A DNA stretch of 64,000 nucleotides from Candidatus Latescibacterota bacterium (GCA_965217585.1 OZ244561.1:1792001-1856000), one strand, 5' to 3'; shown: positions 28,482 through 38,278, counted from the first letter of the stretch. Notes: a model not told the origin generated them from the letters alone. Translations and numbers: made by a program.

Positions 28482-31196
28482 CTACTTGAGCAGCAGCATC
28501 TTCTTGACCTCGTGGAACTCTCCGCCCGCCGCCAAGCGGTAGAAATACATCCCCGAAGACAAGCTGTGTCCGCTGTCGTTGGTCGCGTCCCACTCCACTA
28601 CGTAGCGACCCGCGCTCTGATGCTCAGCAACCAGCGTCCGAACCGCCTGACCCACTACATTATATACGGTCAGTTCCACGTCCGCCGCCTGCGGCAACGC
28701 ATACTTGATCGTCGTCGCCGGGTTGAACGGGTTCGGATAGTTATTCGCCAACGCGAACGCCTCCGGACGCGTCTGCAACAGCACCGGCGCCGGCAGCGCC
28801 AGACGATTGAAGCCAAACTCGCTATCATACGTCTGGCTGTCGGTGATCTCGATGACCGTGTCCTCGATCTCCGTCCGCGCGCGGAAGACCAAGCTCAGCC
28901 CCACCTCGCCGTCGGAAACTACGTCCCCGTGGGCGACCAGCGCCAACACACCCGCTTCGTCAGAAAGCACCTGCGGGGCGGCCAACTCACTCCCACCCAG
29001 CGGCTGATCGGTCAAAGCCTGGACAAACTCTAGCTGGCTGGCGTCATACTGCACCTGCAAGCCGTAGCCCTTGACCGCGACGAAATCCGCTACGCGCACG
29101 TCGAGGACGAAGTCCTCACCCACGCTGGGCATCGCCGTCCGCGCATCCAGATACATCCGCGCATCGGCGTTGAGGCCCGCGAGCATGGGCACGCGCTTGC
29201 CAGCGCCAGCCGTGCTGCGGCCGAAGTTGTCGGCAAAGACGAAGAAATCGTCGAAGTCGATCATCGCGCTCGGCGCGAGGTCAAACGCGGGATCAAACCC
29301 GGCGTCTTCCGCCGTCAAACCGAAGAGATCGGCTAAGATGAAGAAGTCGTCGAAGCCTACGCGGTTGTCAGCACCGAACAGACCTAAAATCGCGCGACCT
29401 TCGCTATCGAACACGAGGTTGCGAACGGCCATCGCCGTCTGCTCTGCGTCAGAAACAGTCTCGTTGTCCAAGTCGAAGGGCCGCACCTGATAGGTGTAGC
29501 GCACGCTATTGAGCGCCGTCTCATCGACAAAGGACGGAACGCCGGCGTCCACCTGCGCGATCATAACAAACGCGTCTTCGCCCGCAGCGCGGCGATAGAT
29601 GCCGTAGCCATGAACGCCGACAACTGGCTCGGACGCGGCCGGGCCGATGGCCCCGGCAACGACGCCCTGCAAGAGCCGGTCGGACGGCGAGAGCGTCCAC
29701 GTCAGGAGGATGCGGCTGCCCTCGTCGTTAGGTGCGTCCAAGACGCTGAGGGACGGCACGGCCAACGGCGCAATGTTGTCGATAGCGCGAGCCGGCTCTT
29801 CGGTGAGGGTGATCTCCGAATGAGACAGCACCCCTTCGACGAGATTCAGCCTCGGGGCCACGCCTTGGGCGTAAGCGAGGGCTTCCGGCAGCAGCGAGGC
29901 GAACACCGGCGCGTCACCGACTTGAGCCGCCTCTCTACTGGCCAGCAGCGTCTCTGCCATCAGCTCGTAGGGCTGGTTCATGTCTTCGGCGCGGATGAAC
30001 GCGGCCTTAGCGGAAACGCGCGTAGCCGTGCTGGTGCGACCGTCGAGCTCGGCGGCAATGCCCCATTTGGTGAAGGTATTGTCGAGCGTGGCGACGATGG
30101 CGCGACCGACCTGTACCCCCGGCACGGCATCTACCATGGCCCAAGGAATCATCTCGCCGTCCAGCGCGGGAATTTCGCGGAAGATGCGATAGCCGTCCAG
30201 CGAGGCGTGATCGTCCGACAGATCCCAAGTCAGCAGCACGAAGCCGCCTTGGTCTCCGGCACCGTCAGCACCCCTGTAGTCTTCAGCTACCAACTGGTCC
30301 GGTGCATCCAAAGGAGGCAGCACCACTTCAATGGTGAACGGCTGCGACGCGCTGGCATTGGCACCGTCTGTCACTGTGTAGGTATACACGGTGGCAGGAG
30401 AAGCCGCCGTCGGCGTGCCCGAGACCGTCCGCGTGGCCTCGTCAAACGTCAAGCCAGCAGGCAACTCCGGCGTGAGAGAGTACGTCAACGGCGGCGTGCC
30501 GCCCGTAACCAACGGCAACACCAGCGGCTCAATCGCCCAGCCAAGCTCATACGTCTGATCGGAGGGCGGTCCGATAGACGACGCCGCCACCTCGATGCTG
30601 AACAACGGCTGCGACGCGCTAGCATTGGCACCGTCTGTCACTGTGTAGGTATACACGGTGGCCGGGGCCACCGCCGCCGGCGTGCCCGAGATCGTCCGCG
30701 TGGCTGGGTCAAACGTCAAGCCAGCAGGCAACTCCGGCGTGAGAGAGTACGTCAACGGCGGCGTGCCGCCCGTAACCAACGGCAACGTCACCGACTCAAT
30801 CGCCCTGCCAACCTCATACGTGTAAGCGTCGGACAGTTCGATAGACGACGCCGTCACCTCGATGCTGAACAACGGCTGCGACGCGCTGGCATTGGCACCG
30901 TCTGTCACAGTATAGGTGTACACGGTGGCAGGAGAAGCCGCCGCCGGCGTGCCCGAGATCGTCCGCGTGGCTGGGTCAAACGTCAAGCCAGCAGGCAACT
31001 CCGGCGTGAGAGAGTACGTCAACGGCGGCGTGCCGCCCGTAACCGCCGGCAACGTCAGCGGCTCAATCGCCGTACCAACCTCATACGTCTGATCGGTGAT
31101 CCCGTGTTCATCGGCCAAGGCGGTAGGTGTACCGATAAATAGACCGCTTGCTCCCAAAAGGGCTAGCAAAACAACTGTCAACAACTTTCGCTGCAT
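28482..31196 (-). CDS. Secreted protein: 3 He_PIG repeats + FN3-like domains + dockerin-like EF-hand pair + cohesin-like domain + FlgD/T9SS-type C-terminal sorting domain
   Basis: Signal peptide; three near-identical LPxVTGGTPPLTYSLTPELPAGLTFD units; DNRVGFDDFFILADLFG...MIDFDDFFVFADNFG; VGEDFVLDVRV...GYGLQVQYDASQLEFV; tail NYPNPFNP...KKMLLLK. AAAGGAG RBS. Confidence 0.85.
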   Translation of the reverse strand: MQRKLLTVVLLALLGASGLFIGTPTALADEHGITDQTYEVGTAIEPLTLPAVTGGTPPLTYSLTPELPAGLTFDPATRTISGTPAAASPATVYTYTVTDGANASASQPLFSIEVTASSIELSDAYTYEVGRAIESVTLPLVTGGTPPLTYSLTPELPAGLTFDPATRTISGTPAAVAPATVYTYTVTDGANASASQPLFSIEVAASSIGPPSDQTYELGWAIEPLVLPLVTGGTPPLTYSLTPELPAGLTFDEATRTVSGTPTAASPATVYTYTVTDGANASASQPFTIEVVLPPLDAPDQLVAEDYRGADGAGDQGGFVLLTWDLSDDHASLDGYRIFREIPALDGEMIPWAMVDAVPGVQVGRAIVATLDNTFTKWGIAAELDGRTSTATRVSAKAAFIRAEDMNQPYELMAETLLASREAAQVGDAPVFASLLPEALAYAQGVAPRLNLVEGVLSHSEITLTEEPARAIDNIAPLAVPSLSVLDAPNDEGSRILLTWTLSPSDRLLQGVVAGAIGPAASEPVVGVHGYGIYRRAAGEDAFVMIAQVDAGVPSFVDETALNSVRYTYQVRPFDLDNETVSDAEQTAMAVRNLVFDSEGRAILGLFGADNRVGFDDFFILADLFGLTAEDAGFDPAFDLAPSAMIDFDDFFVFADNFGRSTAGAGKRVPMLAGLNADARMYLDARTAMPSVGEDFVLDVRVADFVAVKGYGLQVQYDASQLEFVQALTDQPLGGSELAAPQVLSDEAGVLALVAHGDVVSDGEVGLSLVFRARTEIEDTVIEITDSQTYDSEFGFNRLALPAPVLLQTRPEAFALANNYPNPFNPATTIKYALPQAADVELTVYNVVGQAVRTLVAEHQSAGRYVVEWDATNDSGHSLSSGMYFYRLAAGGEFHEVKKMLLLK
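30325..31100. repeat. Three near-identical ~260-bp intragenic repeats
   Basis: GTCAAACGTCAAGCCAGCAGGCAACTCCGGCGTGAGAGAGTACGTCAACGGCGGCGTGCCGCCCGTAACC is present three times. Confidence 0.9.
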
Positions 31197-31372
31197 GGTT
31201 TTCTCCTTTCAATGTGATTTAGCGGACACTTGCTCGCCGAAGAGCACCAACAAGCGGCTGGCTCTTGACGACTGCCGCGGGATGCTTTCTTAGTTAATCA
31301 AAAATAACTATAATAACAAGCACTTTGTTAAAGATAATAATATTAAGCACTTTTTCGCAACCTTGCGACCAC

Positions 31373-32218
31373 ATGATCATCGACATCCACAGCCACGCTT
31401 GGCGGTACCCCGAGCATTTCACCGACCAGTTTCGCCAACAAGCTGCCCAAGTGGCCAAAGCCGATGAGTCCCTCGATCTAACCGTGACCTATGCAGCCTA
31501 TCGCGCGGGCGCGCAAAACTGCGATAAAACCATCGTCTTCGGCGGCAAGGCCCGGCGCTCTGGTCTGTGGGTTGATGATCGCTATGTCGCCGATTATGTC
31601 GCCGCTCATCCGGAGTCGCTGATCGGTTTCCTCTCGCTCGACCCCACCCAAGACGGCTGGGAGCAAGAAATGGCTTACGGGCACCAAGAACTCGGCCTCA
31701 AGGGAATCAAGCTGCTCTCCATGTACGCCGGCTTCTATCCGCACGACCAAAGCCTCGACCCGCTGTGGCACTACGCCGCCGAGCACGACCTGCCCGTGCT
31801 GCTGCACACCGGCACCACCTTCGTCGCCCAAGCCCCGCTCGACTGCACCTTGCCGCGCCATCTCGACCCGGTGGCCATCCGCTTCCCGGAGGTCAAAATC
31901 ATCATGGCCCACCTAGCGCATCCCTACGAGGGCGAGTGCTTGGCGGTCATCCGCAAACACCCCAATGTGTACGCCGACGTCAGCGCCCTCCACTATCGGC
32001 CTTTCCAGCTCTACCACAGCCTGATGCTGGTGCAGGAATACGGAGTCTGGGACAAGCTGCTCTTTGGCAGCGACTATCCCTTTACAGCGATCGACGCCTC
32101 CATTGAGGGTCTGTACGGATTGAACAAAATGCTCGATGGCACGGCCCTGCCGCGCTTGGACGAGCGCGAGATCGACGCTTTAATCCATCGCGATAGCCTC
32201 GACATTTTGGGGCTTTAA
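31373..32218 (+). CDS. Amidohydrolase family protein (Amidohydro_2)
   Basis: IIDIHSH, LPVLLHTG, IIMAHLAHP, VYADVSA, LLFGSDYPF. Confidence 0.9.
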   Translation: MIIDIHSHAWRYPEHFTDQFRQQAAQVAKADESLDLTVTYAAYRAGAQNCDKTIVFGGKARRSGLWVDDRYVADYVAAHPESLIGFLSLDPTQDGWEQEMAYGHQELGLKGIKLLSMYAGFYPHDQSLDPLWHYAAEHDLPVLLHTGTTFVAQAPLDCTLPRHLDPVAIRFPEVKIIMAHLAHPYEGECLAVIRKHPNVYADVSALHYRPFQLYHSLMLVQEYGVWDKLLFGSDYPFTAIDASIEGLYGLNKMLDGTALPRLDEREIDALIHRDSLDILGL

Positions 32219-32297
32219 GGCTTGCGCCGGATCGCTTTTCCTCATTATGCTAGCTCTATCTCCCCACCTACCCACCCCTTCCCAAAGGAGTCGCTCT

Positions 32298-34340
32298 ATG
32301 AAGCGTCTACTTTTCAGTGCGTTGTCCCTCTTCCTCGTCGGCGCACCCGTGGTGGCCGATGATGAAGCGGATGTCTATGAAATGGGAGAATTGATCATCA
32401 CCGGCTCCAAGCTGCCGCAGACGCCGGGGAATGTGACCCAGAAAATCTCCATTATCACCGCCGATGAGATGAGCTCTTTAGTCCTCGGCAACGGCAACCT
32501 AGCGGAGGTTCTCTCGTACAGCCCGGGCAACTTCGCCAACGTCCTCTCCCGCAATGACGCCAACTGGGGCTCTTCCGGCGGTCTGGCGCACACCTACAAG
32601 GGGTACATGCTCGACGGCCTGCCAATTGACTCCTTCGTCGATCTCCAGAGCCTCGATTCGTGGGCCTTCCAGCGGATCGAAGACCAGCGCGGCTCGGCCT
32701 CGGTGCTCTATCCGACCTATTTGGCCATGGACTTCGCCGGCAACCAGTCGCCGCTGGCGGGGACGGCCAACTTTATCCTCAAGGAGCGCGTCGAGAGCAC
32801 CCGCACCAGAGCCTCGGCGTACTACGGCTCCTACAACACCATCGGCGGGCGCTTCTTCCACCAGCGCGCCGCCGGCAACCTGCACCTCTTCTTCGGAGGG
32901 CACCACGAAGACTCGGACTATACCTACTACGGCACCTTCGACGACGACGGCAACAGAAACTCCTGGCTCAACATGCTTGAGGACGATTCCCCGAACTACG
33001 AGAAAACCAAGATGTACATGCGGGGAACTTACTTCCTCAACGACAGCGGCCAGCGGGCCTCCCTCTACGCTCACCGCACCTGGCACACCGGCGACGGCGG
33101 CCGTCCGAACCGGGACTTCGGCCACACCTATACCACCCTGAACGCCGGGTACACGAACCCGATCTCCGACAAGGCCACCCTCCAAGCCAAGGTCGGCTAC
33201 CGCGACTACGTGCGTCGCTGGGAGGAAGACAACTTCGCTCGCGATTCTCTTGGGGTGGTCATCCCCGAAAGCCTCGCCCTGCGCTCGGAGGACGGCGTCG
33301 ACCAGTCGGTGATGCCGGCCGATCTCTCCGTCTCGGTCATCACCCGTGATTCGGACGTGCTCACCGTAGGCGCCGACTACCAGCGCGCCTCGTACAAGAA
33401 CACGTCAGAGTCCGGGGTGCTGACCACCAACAACGACGGCACCGCCAACGCCCTCGGCTTCTACGCCCAGGAGGAGTTCCGCTTGAACGCGCTCATCCTG
33501 CGGGCCGGGGGGCGCTACACCAGCATCTCCCACGACATCGAGCTGTTGAGTGGCGCTCCTCCGGGAGAAGAGAGCAACTCCTGGAACAAGTTCCTCTACA
33601 GCGCCGGGGCGCGCTACAACCAAAGCGACGACCTCTCGGTGTTCACCAACATCGGCACCAGCTTCAAGGCTCCTTCCCAGAAGTCGGTTGGCGGCACCGT
33701 CCCCCTGGGTAGCACGGACAGCGGCCATCTTCCGAATCCGGACATCAAGCCGGAATCGGGGACCAGCATCGACCTGGGCATGAACTACCGGCCCATGGAG
33801 GGCCTCCAGGTCGGCGTGCGCGGTTTCAACATCGTCATTGACGACCAGATCGTGCAGCGGGCAGTGCCTGACGCCCCCCAGTCGCAAGACATTAACGCCG
33901 GCAACACCGCGACCAACGGGGTGGAGTTGGAGGTCACCCACCGCCTCGACAACAGGGTGGAGTGGTTCGCCAACTACACCTATACCAACGCCGAGGTGAA
34001 GGAGCACGAGGATGAGAGCAAGGTCGGTGCCAAAATCAACTTCGTGCCCGAGAGCGTCATCGGTGCCGGTGTCCACCTGACCCTGGCACAGGGCCTGCGG
34101 GCGACGATCACGGCGCAGTCCTACAGCGGCATCTACTCGGACATCAACAAGGATTCCGATCCTTTCGACGGGTACGTCCTGGTGAACGCCCACATCCAGT
34201 ACGGCGTCCGCACCCAGGACGGGTACGACCTGAGTCTCTATCTCGAACCGTACAACATCACCAACCAGACCTTCGAGATGCCGTGGCAGTTTCAAGACAC
34301 TGGCTTCTCGGTCAATGGCGGCCTGATGGTCTCCTTCTAG
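32298..34340 (+). CDS. TonB-dependent outer membrane receptor
   Basis: Signal peptide, TonB-box-like ELIITGSK, plug MLDGLPI...RIEDQRGSASVLY, NPDIKPE, GVELE, YNITN, terminal F. AAAGGAG RBS. Confidence 0.92.
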   Translation: MKRLLFSALSLFLVGAPVVADDEADVYEMGELIITGSKLPQTPGNVTQKISIITADEMSSLVLGNGNLAEVLSYSPGNFANVLSRNDANWGSSGGLAHTYKGYMLDGLPIDSFVDLQSLDSWAFQRIEDQRGSASVLYPTYLAMDFAGNQSPLAGTANFILKERVESTRTRASAYYGSYNTIGGRFFHQRAAGNLHLFFGGHHEDSDYTYYGTFDDDGNRNSWLNMLEDDSPNYEKTKMYMRGTYFLNDSGQRASLYAHRTWHTGDGGRPNRDFGHTYTTLNAGYTNPISDKATLQAKVGYRDYVRRWEEDNFARDSLGVVIPESLALRSEDGVDQSVMPADLSVSVITRDSDVLTVGADYQRASYKNTSESGVLTTNNDGTANALGFYAQEEFRLNALILRAGGRYTSISHDIELLSGAPPGEESNSWNKFLYSAGARYNQSDDLSVFTNIGTSFKAPSQKSVGGTVPLGSTDSGHLPNPDIKPESGTSIDLGMNYRPMEGLQVGVRGFNIVIDDQIVQRAVPDAPQSQDINAGNTATNGVELEVTHRLDNRVEWFANYTYTNAEVKEHEDESKVGAKINFVPESVIGAGVHLTLAQGLRATITAQSYSGIYSDINKDSDPFDGYVLVNAHIQYGVRTQDGYDLSLYLEPYNITNQTFEMPWQFQDTGFSVNGGLMVSF

Positions 34341-34343
34341 CCG

Positions 34344-35429
34344 ATGTCCGCTGTAGTTGGCTCTGCGGTGGTCCCTCCAACGAGGGTGGCCACCGCAGAG
34401 CGCCAGCGTCTCGTATTCTTCTTCCTGCTTCTCGCTTTCCTGCTCGCCGGTGCTCCGGCTCTCGCAGAAGGTGTGGCGGCCACGGACTTTCGCGGTCGCC
34501 GCATCGAACTGGACAAGCCGGCCGAGCGCATCATCTGCCTGCTCGAAAGCGCCCTCAGCGGCCTCTACATGCTCGGGGCTGAATCGCGTCTCGTCGGCAT
34601 TTCGACCAATATCTACCAAGAAAGCGTCTTCCCGTACTACGCGGCTATGGACGCACGCATCCGCGAGCGCACCCTGCCGACGCCGGGGAACTGGGACTTC
34701 GTCAACATCGAGAGCATGGTAGCGCTGCAGCCGGACCTAGTCATCCTTTGGTCGGGTCAGGAGGAGTCCATCGCCGCCCTCGAAGAGAAGGGGATCCCGG
34801 TCTTCGGGGTCTTTATCGAGCGCTTTGCGGACATTTACCGCGAGATCGTCGCCCTCGGCGAGCTGACCGGCACTCAGGAGCGAGCTGCCGAACTCCTCGC
34901 TATTGCCCAAGAGGAATTGGAGGCGGTGGAGCGCAAGACCGCCCTTGGCGAAGGAGAAGCCAAGCCGCGCGTGTACTTCATGTGGGACCAAGGGCCGCTG
35001 GAGACGGCCGGCCGCAACAGCACCGTGCAGGAGCTGATTGATCTGGCCGGGGGAACCAACGTGGCGGGCGACAGCGAGCTAGAGCACCTCGTCGTCAACC
35101 TCGAAAACGTCCTCGTCTGGAATCCAGAGCTGATCGTCATGTGGTGCAACGACCGGCTCGATGCCGAGGACATCGGCGAGCTGTCCGGTTGGCGCTCGCT
35201 CTCGGCGGTGCGCAGCGGTCAGGTACGCGAATTGCCCGATCCCTTCTCCTGCGACTTCTGGACCCTCAAGTACATCTTCACAGTTGATCTCGTCGCCCGC
35301 TGGTGCCATCCAGACCGCTTTTCCGCAAGAGACGTGGAAGACCTGCGAGGCGGCCTGCTGAACAAGCTGTACGGGGGGCGGCTCGGGGAGCTACCGCCGC
35401 TCTCTCTCGGAAAGGGAGAGCGGCCGTGA
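34344..35429 (+). CDS. ABC substrate-binding protein, iron-siderophore/cobalamin (BtuF/FecB class)
   Basis: TDFRGRRIELDKPAERII, NIESMVALQPDLVI, LIDLAGGTNV, WRSLSAVRSGQV. Confidence 0.88.
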   Translation: MSAVVGSAVVPPTRVATAERQRLVFFFLLLAFLLAGAPALAEGVAATDFRGRRIELDKPAERIICLLESALSGLYMLGAESRLVGISTNIYQESVFPYYAAMDARIRERTLPTPGNWDFVNIESMVALQPDLVILWSGQEESIAALEEKGIPVFGVFIERFADIYREIVALGELTGTQERAAELLAIAQEELEAVERKTALGEGEAKPRVYFMWDQGPLETAGRNSTVQELIDLAGGTNVAGDSELEHLVVNLENVLVWNPELIVMWCNDRLDAEDIGELSGWRSLSAVRSGQVRELPDPFSCDFWTLKYIFTVDLVARWCHPDRFSARDVEDLRGGLLNKLYGGRLGELPPLSLGKGERP

Positions 35430-36433
35430 ATAGCGCGTTCCGCCGCCGCCTTATTTACGCCCTGCCGCTGCCGATCCTCTTCGGCTCCTTGCTGCTCGGC
35501 CCTTCGGCCAGCGCCGAGGCGGGAAAGATTCTCGTCTGGCTCTACGGCCTGCTCTTTCGCGAAACGGCCGCCAGCCCCGAAGAAGCGCTGGTGGGGACGA
35601 TCGTGTGGGAGGTGCGCCTGCCGCGCATTCTCCTCACCTTTCTGGTGGGCGGTGCCTTGGCCGCGGCCGGCAACGCCTTACAGGCAATGTTTCGCAACCC
35701 TCTCGTGGCCCCCTACATCCTCGGTCTTTCCTCCGGTGCCGCCTTTGGCGCAGCGCTAGCGCTGGTCCTGCCGTTCCTGCCGATCCAGCCGACGGCCTTC
35801 GGCTTTGGCCTGCTCGCCGTGGGCTTGGCCTACTTCTTGGCCCGCACCCGCAAGACCGTGTCGGTGGTCTCCCTCATTCTCTCGGGGGTGATCGTCACCG
35901 GGATCTTCACCGCTCTGCTGACCATCGTCCAGTTCCTCACCGACCCCTACAAGCTGCAAACCATCGTCCACTGGACCATGGGCAACCTGCACAATTCGAG
36001 TTGGGCCAAGCTGCGCTCCGCGGCCCCAGGGGTGGGCATCGGCGTGATCTGGCTCTTCCTCTTCCGCTGGCGCATGAACGTGCTAGCCCAAGGCGACGAA
36101 GAAGCCCGCGCGGTCGGCCTGAACCCGGAGCGGGAGCGGGTGCTGATCCTCATTCCAGCGACCTTGGCCGCTTCGGCGGCGATTGCCGTGGCTGGCGTCA
36201 TCGGCATGATTGGCCTCGCCGTACCGCACATGGTGCGCATGATGCTGGGGCCGGACAACCGCCACACCCTGCCGGCCTCCTTTGCTTTTGGCGGGGCCTT
36301 TCTGCTGCTGGTCGATACCTGCTCGCGCACATTGGCCTCCTTTGAAATTCCGGTCGGGGTCTTCACCACCCTGCTCGGCGGGCCGTTCTTCATCTTCCTC
36401 CTCAAAAAGGCGCGAATCGGATGGGAGACCTAG
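35426..36433 (+). CDS. FecCD/BtuC family ABC permease
   Basis: VRLPRI, QAMFRNPLVAPYILGLSSGA, GDEEARAVG, GLAVPH, EIPVGVFTTLLGGPFF. GTGA overlap start. Confidence 0.92.
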   Translation: MNSAFRRRLIYALPLPILFGSLLLGPSASAEAGKILVWLYGLLFRETAASPEEALVGTIVWEVRLPRILLTFLVGGALAAAGNALQAMFRNPLVAPYILGLSSGAAFGAALALVLPFLPIQPTAFGFGLLAVGLAYFLARTRKTVSVVSLILSGVIVTGIFTALLTIVQFLTDPYKLQTIVHWTMGNLHNSSWAKLRSAAPGVGIGVIWLFLFRWRMNVLAQGDEEARAVGLNPERERVLILIPATLAASAAIAVAGVIGMIGLAVPHMVRMMLGPDNRHTLPASFAFGGAFLLLVDTCSRTLASFEIPVGVFTTLLGGPFFIFLLKKARIGWET

Positions 36434-37194
36434 CGCCTGCCATCCAAGTCGAGAAGCTCTCCTTTGCCTACGAAGGGAGGCCGATCCTCAACGAGATCTC
36501 GCTGGAGATCCCGACTGGGCAGTTTACCGTTCTGCTCGGCAAGAACGGCAGCGGCAAATCGACGCTCATGCGCATTCTCGGCGGTCTGCTCGACTTCGAG
36601 CGCGGCAAAGTGCATATCATGGGAGAGGAAATCCGCTCCTTCTCATCCCGGCGGCGGGCCCGCGTCCTCGGCTATCTGCCCCAACACCACCGGCCGGTCT
36701 TCCCCTTTTCCGTGCAGGACGTGGTCCTGACCGGCCGCGCTAGCTACGTCACCTACGTCCCCAAGCAGGAGGACGTGGAGATCGGCATCGCCGCGCTGGA
36801 AAGAGTCGGCATTATCCACCTGAAGGAGCGCCCGTACACCGAGCTGTCGGGGGGGGAACAACAGCTCGTCCGCATCGCCCGGGTTCTGGCCCAGCAGCCC
36901 CGTCTCATCCTCCTCGACGAGCCGAGTTCGCACCTCGACTTCCTCAATCAAGCGCACCTGCTGCGCCTGATCCGCGAGTTGGTCGATGCCGACCTCACCG
37001 TCCTCGCCGTCCTGCACGACCCCAACAGCGCCTTCCTGTATGGGGACCACTTCATTTTCCTCAAGGATGGTGTGGTGGAGCGGCTATCAGCGGCCGAGCG
37101 GCCGTGGGACCGCGACTTTCTGGAGCGGATCTACGACACTGAGATGGATTCAATCCCCTATGGCGACCGCGCCTTCGTGGTGCCGAAGGGGTAA
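36421..37194 (+). CDS. ABC ATP-binding protein (FecE/BtuD-like)
   Basis: GKNGSGKST, LSGGEQQ, LLDEPSSHLD, VLHDPN. Confidence 0.92.
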   Translation: MGDLAPAIQVEKLSFAYEGRPILNEISLEIPTGQFTVLLGKNGSGKSTLMRILGGLLDFERGKVHIMGEEIRSFSSRRRARVLGYLPQHHRPVFPFSVQDVVLTGRASYVTYVPKQEDVEIGIAALERVGIIHLKERPYTELSGGEQQLVRIARVLAQQPRLILLDEPSSHLDFLNQAHLLRLIRELVDADLTVLAVLHDPNSAFLYGDHFIFLKDGVVERLSAAERPWDRDFLERIYDTEMDSIPYGDRAFVVPKG

Positions 37195-37201
37195 GCAGCC
37201 A

Positions 37202-38278
37202 TTAGCCGCTGTGCAGGATTATATCGCGGTCGTCGCCGCTCAGCGGCAGCTCGATCCAAGCACCGCCAGCGCGGTGGGAGGCGTGAAAGGCAATGATCGC
37301 CTCCAAGGTACGCACGGCTTCCCCCGCATCGTAGGAGAAGGATTTCTCCCCGTCGAGCCAATTGACGATCTCGGCAATGGCCCGGTCCATGCCGCTGTCC
37401 GGGGAATCGTCGGGCAGGCACTCGCGCTCGTCGCCGCGCACGATCTCAATGTCGCGGTTGCGGCAGATGGCGTAGCCCTCGGTGCCGTGGAAGCGGTGGC
37501 GCGGCAGCGCGGTGCCGTAGTCGGCAGCATCAACGGTGCAGATCAAGTCGCCCGACGGCGCGCCATCGGCCGCAGGCAAATCGCGTCCCAGTCTCAGCAG
37601 GCCCCAGCCGCCGGGATCGCTGAAGTCGTCGCCGCGACAGTCGAGTTTCCCCGACAGGTCGAGGGTGCCGGAGACGGCGGTCACCGGCAAGCCGGTGACC
37701 ATCTGCACGGCGTCGATCATGTGCGTACCGACGTTGCCGAGGCGGCCAGAGGTCCACTGGAGCGAGGCCGAGGTCAAGGTGCCGAGGGCACCGGAGACGA
37801 TGCGGTCGCGCAGCACCCGATAGCCGGGGTGGAAGCGCAGGTTGTGGTTGATGACGAGCAGGGCACCGGCCTTGTTGCAGGCAGACAACATGCCCTCGGC
37901 CTCGGCGACCGTCGCCGCAATGGGCTTCTCGCAGTAGATGGCGCGGGCACCGACTTCTACTGCTGCTTGGGTAATCTCGGCGTGGGCGGGGGTGTACGTG
38001 GCGACCGAGACGATGTCGAGGGGCGCGGCTGCGCGGAGCATCTCGCGCCAGTCGGCGAACACGGGCACACCGTAGCGCGCGTGGAAGCGCTCGCGCCGCC
38101 CGTCGTCGCGGCTGCTGCCAGCGACTAGATCAACCTGGTCGTGGTTGCGCAGTGCCCCCACGTGCGTGCCGTCGAGATCCTCGACGAGCTGGCCGAGGGC
38201 GTCGCCCGAGACCTGGTCCGCACCCCCGATAAAACCCAATCCCACGATCGCTGCACGGTATTTCGTTTCTCCTGCCAT
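37202..38278 (-). CDS. Gfo/Idh/MocA family oxidoreductase
   Basis: AIVGLGFIG, IYCEKPIA, INHNLRF, NVGTHMID. ATG 38278 after AGGAGG. Confidence 0.88.
   Translation of the reverse strand: MAGETKYRAAIVGLGFIGGADQVSGDALGQLVEDLDGTHVGALRNHDQVDLVAGSSRDDGRRERFHARYGVPVFADWREMLRAAAPLDIVSVATYTPAHAEITQAAVEVGARAIYCEKPIAATVAEAEGMLSACNKAGALLVINHNLRFHPGYRVLRDRIVSGALGTLTSASLQWTSGRLGNVGTHMIDAVQMVTGLPVTAVSGTLDLSGKLDCRGDDFSDPGGWGLLRLGRDLPAADGAPSGDLICTVDAADYGTALPRHRFHGTEGYAICRNRDIEIVRGDERECLPDDSPDSGMDRAIAEIVNWLDGEKSFSYDAGEAVRTLEAIIAFHASHRAGGAWIELPLSGDDRDIILHSG

Noticed and set aside
29610-31142. 510-aa repetitive plus-strand ORF
   Set aside because: Antisense shadow of the He_PIG repeats in a GC-rich gene.
19006-31196. 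Diversity-generating retroelement behind the repeated tails
   Set aside because: No reverse transcriptase in the window, and differences between copies are not obviously adenine-specific.
31333-31351. Fur box GATAATAATATTAAGCACT
   Set aside because: Only 12/19 match in an AT-rich stretch and not directly upstream of the TonB receptor.
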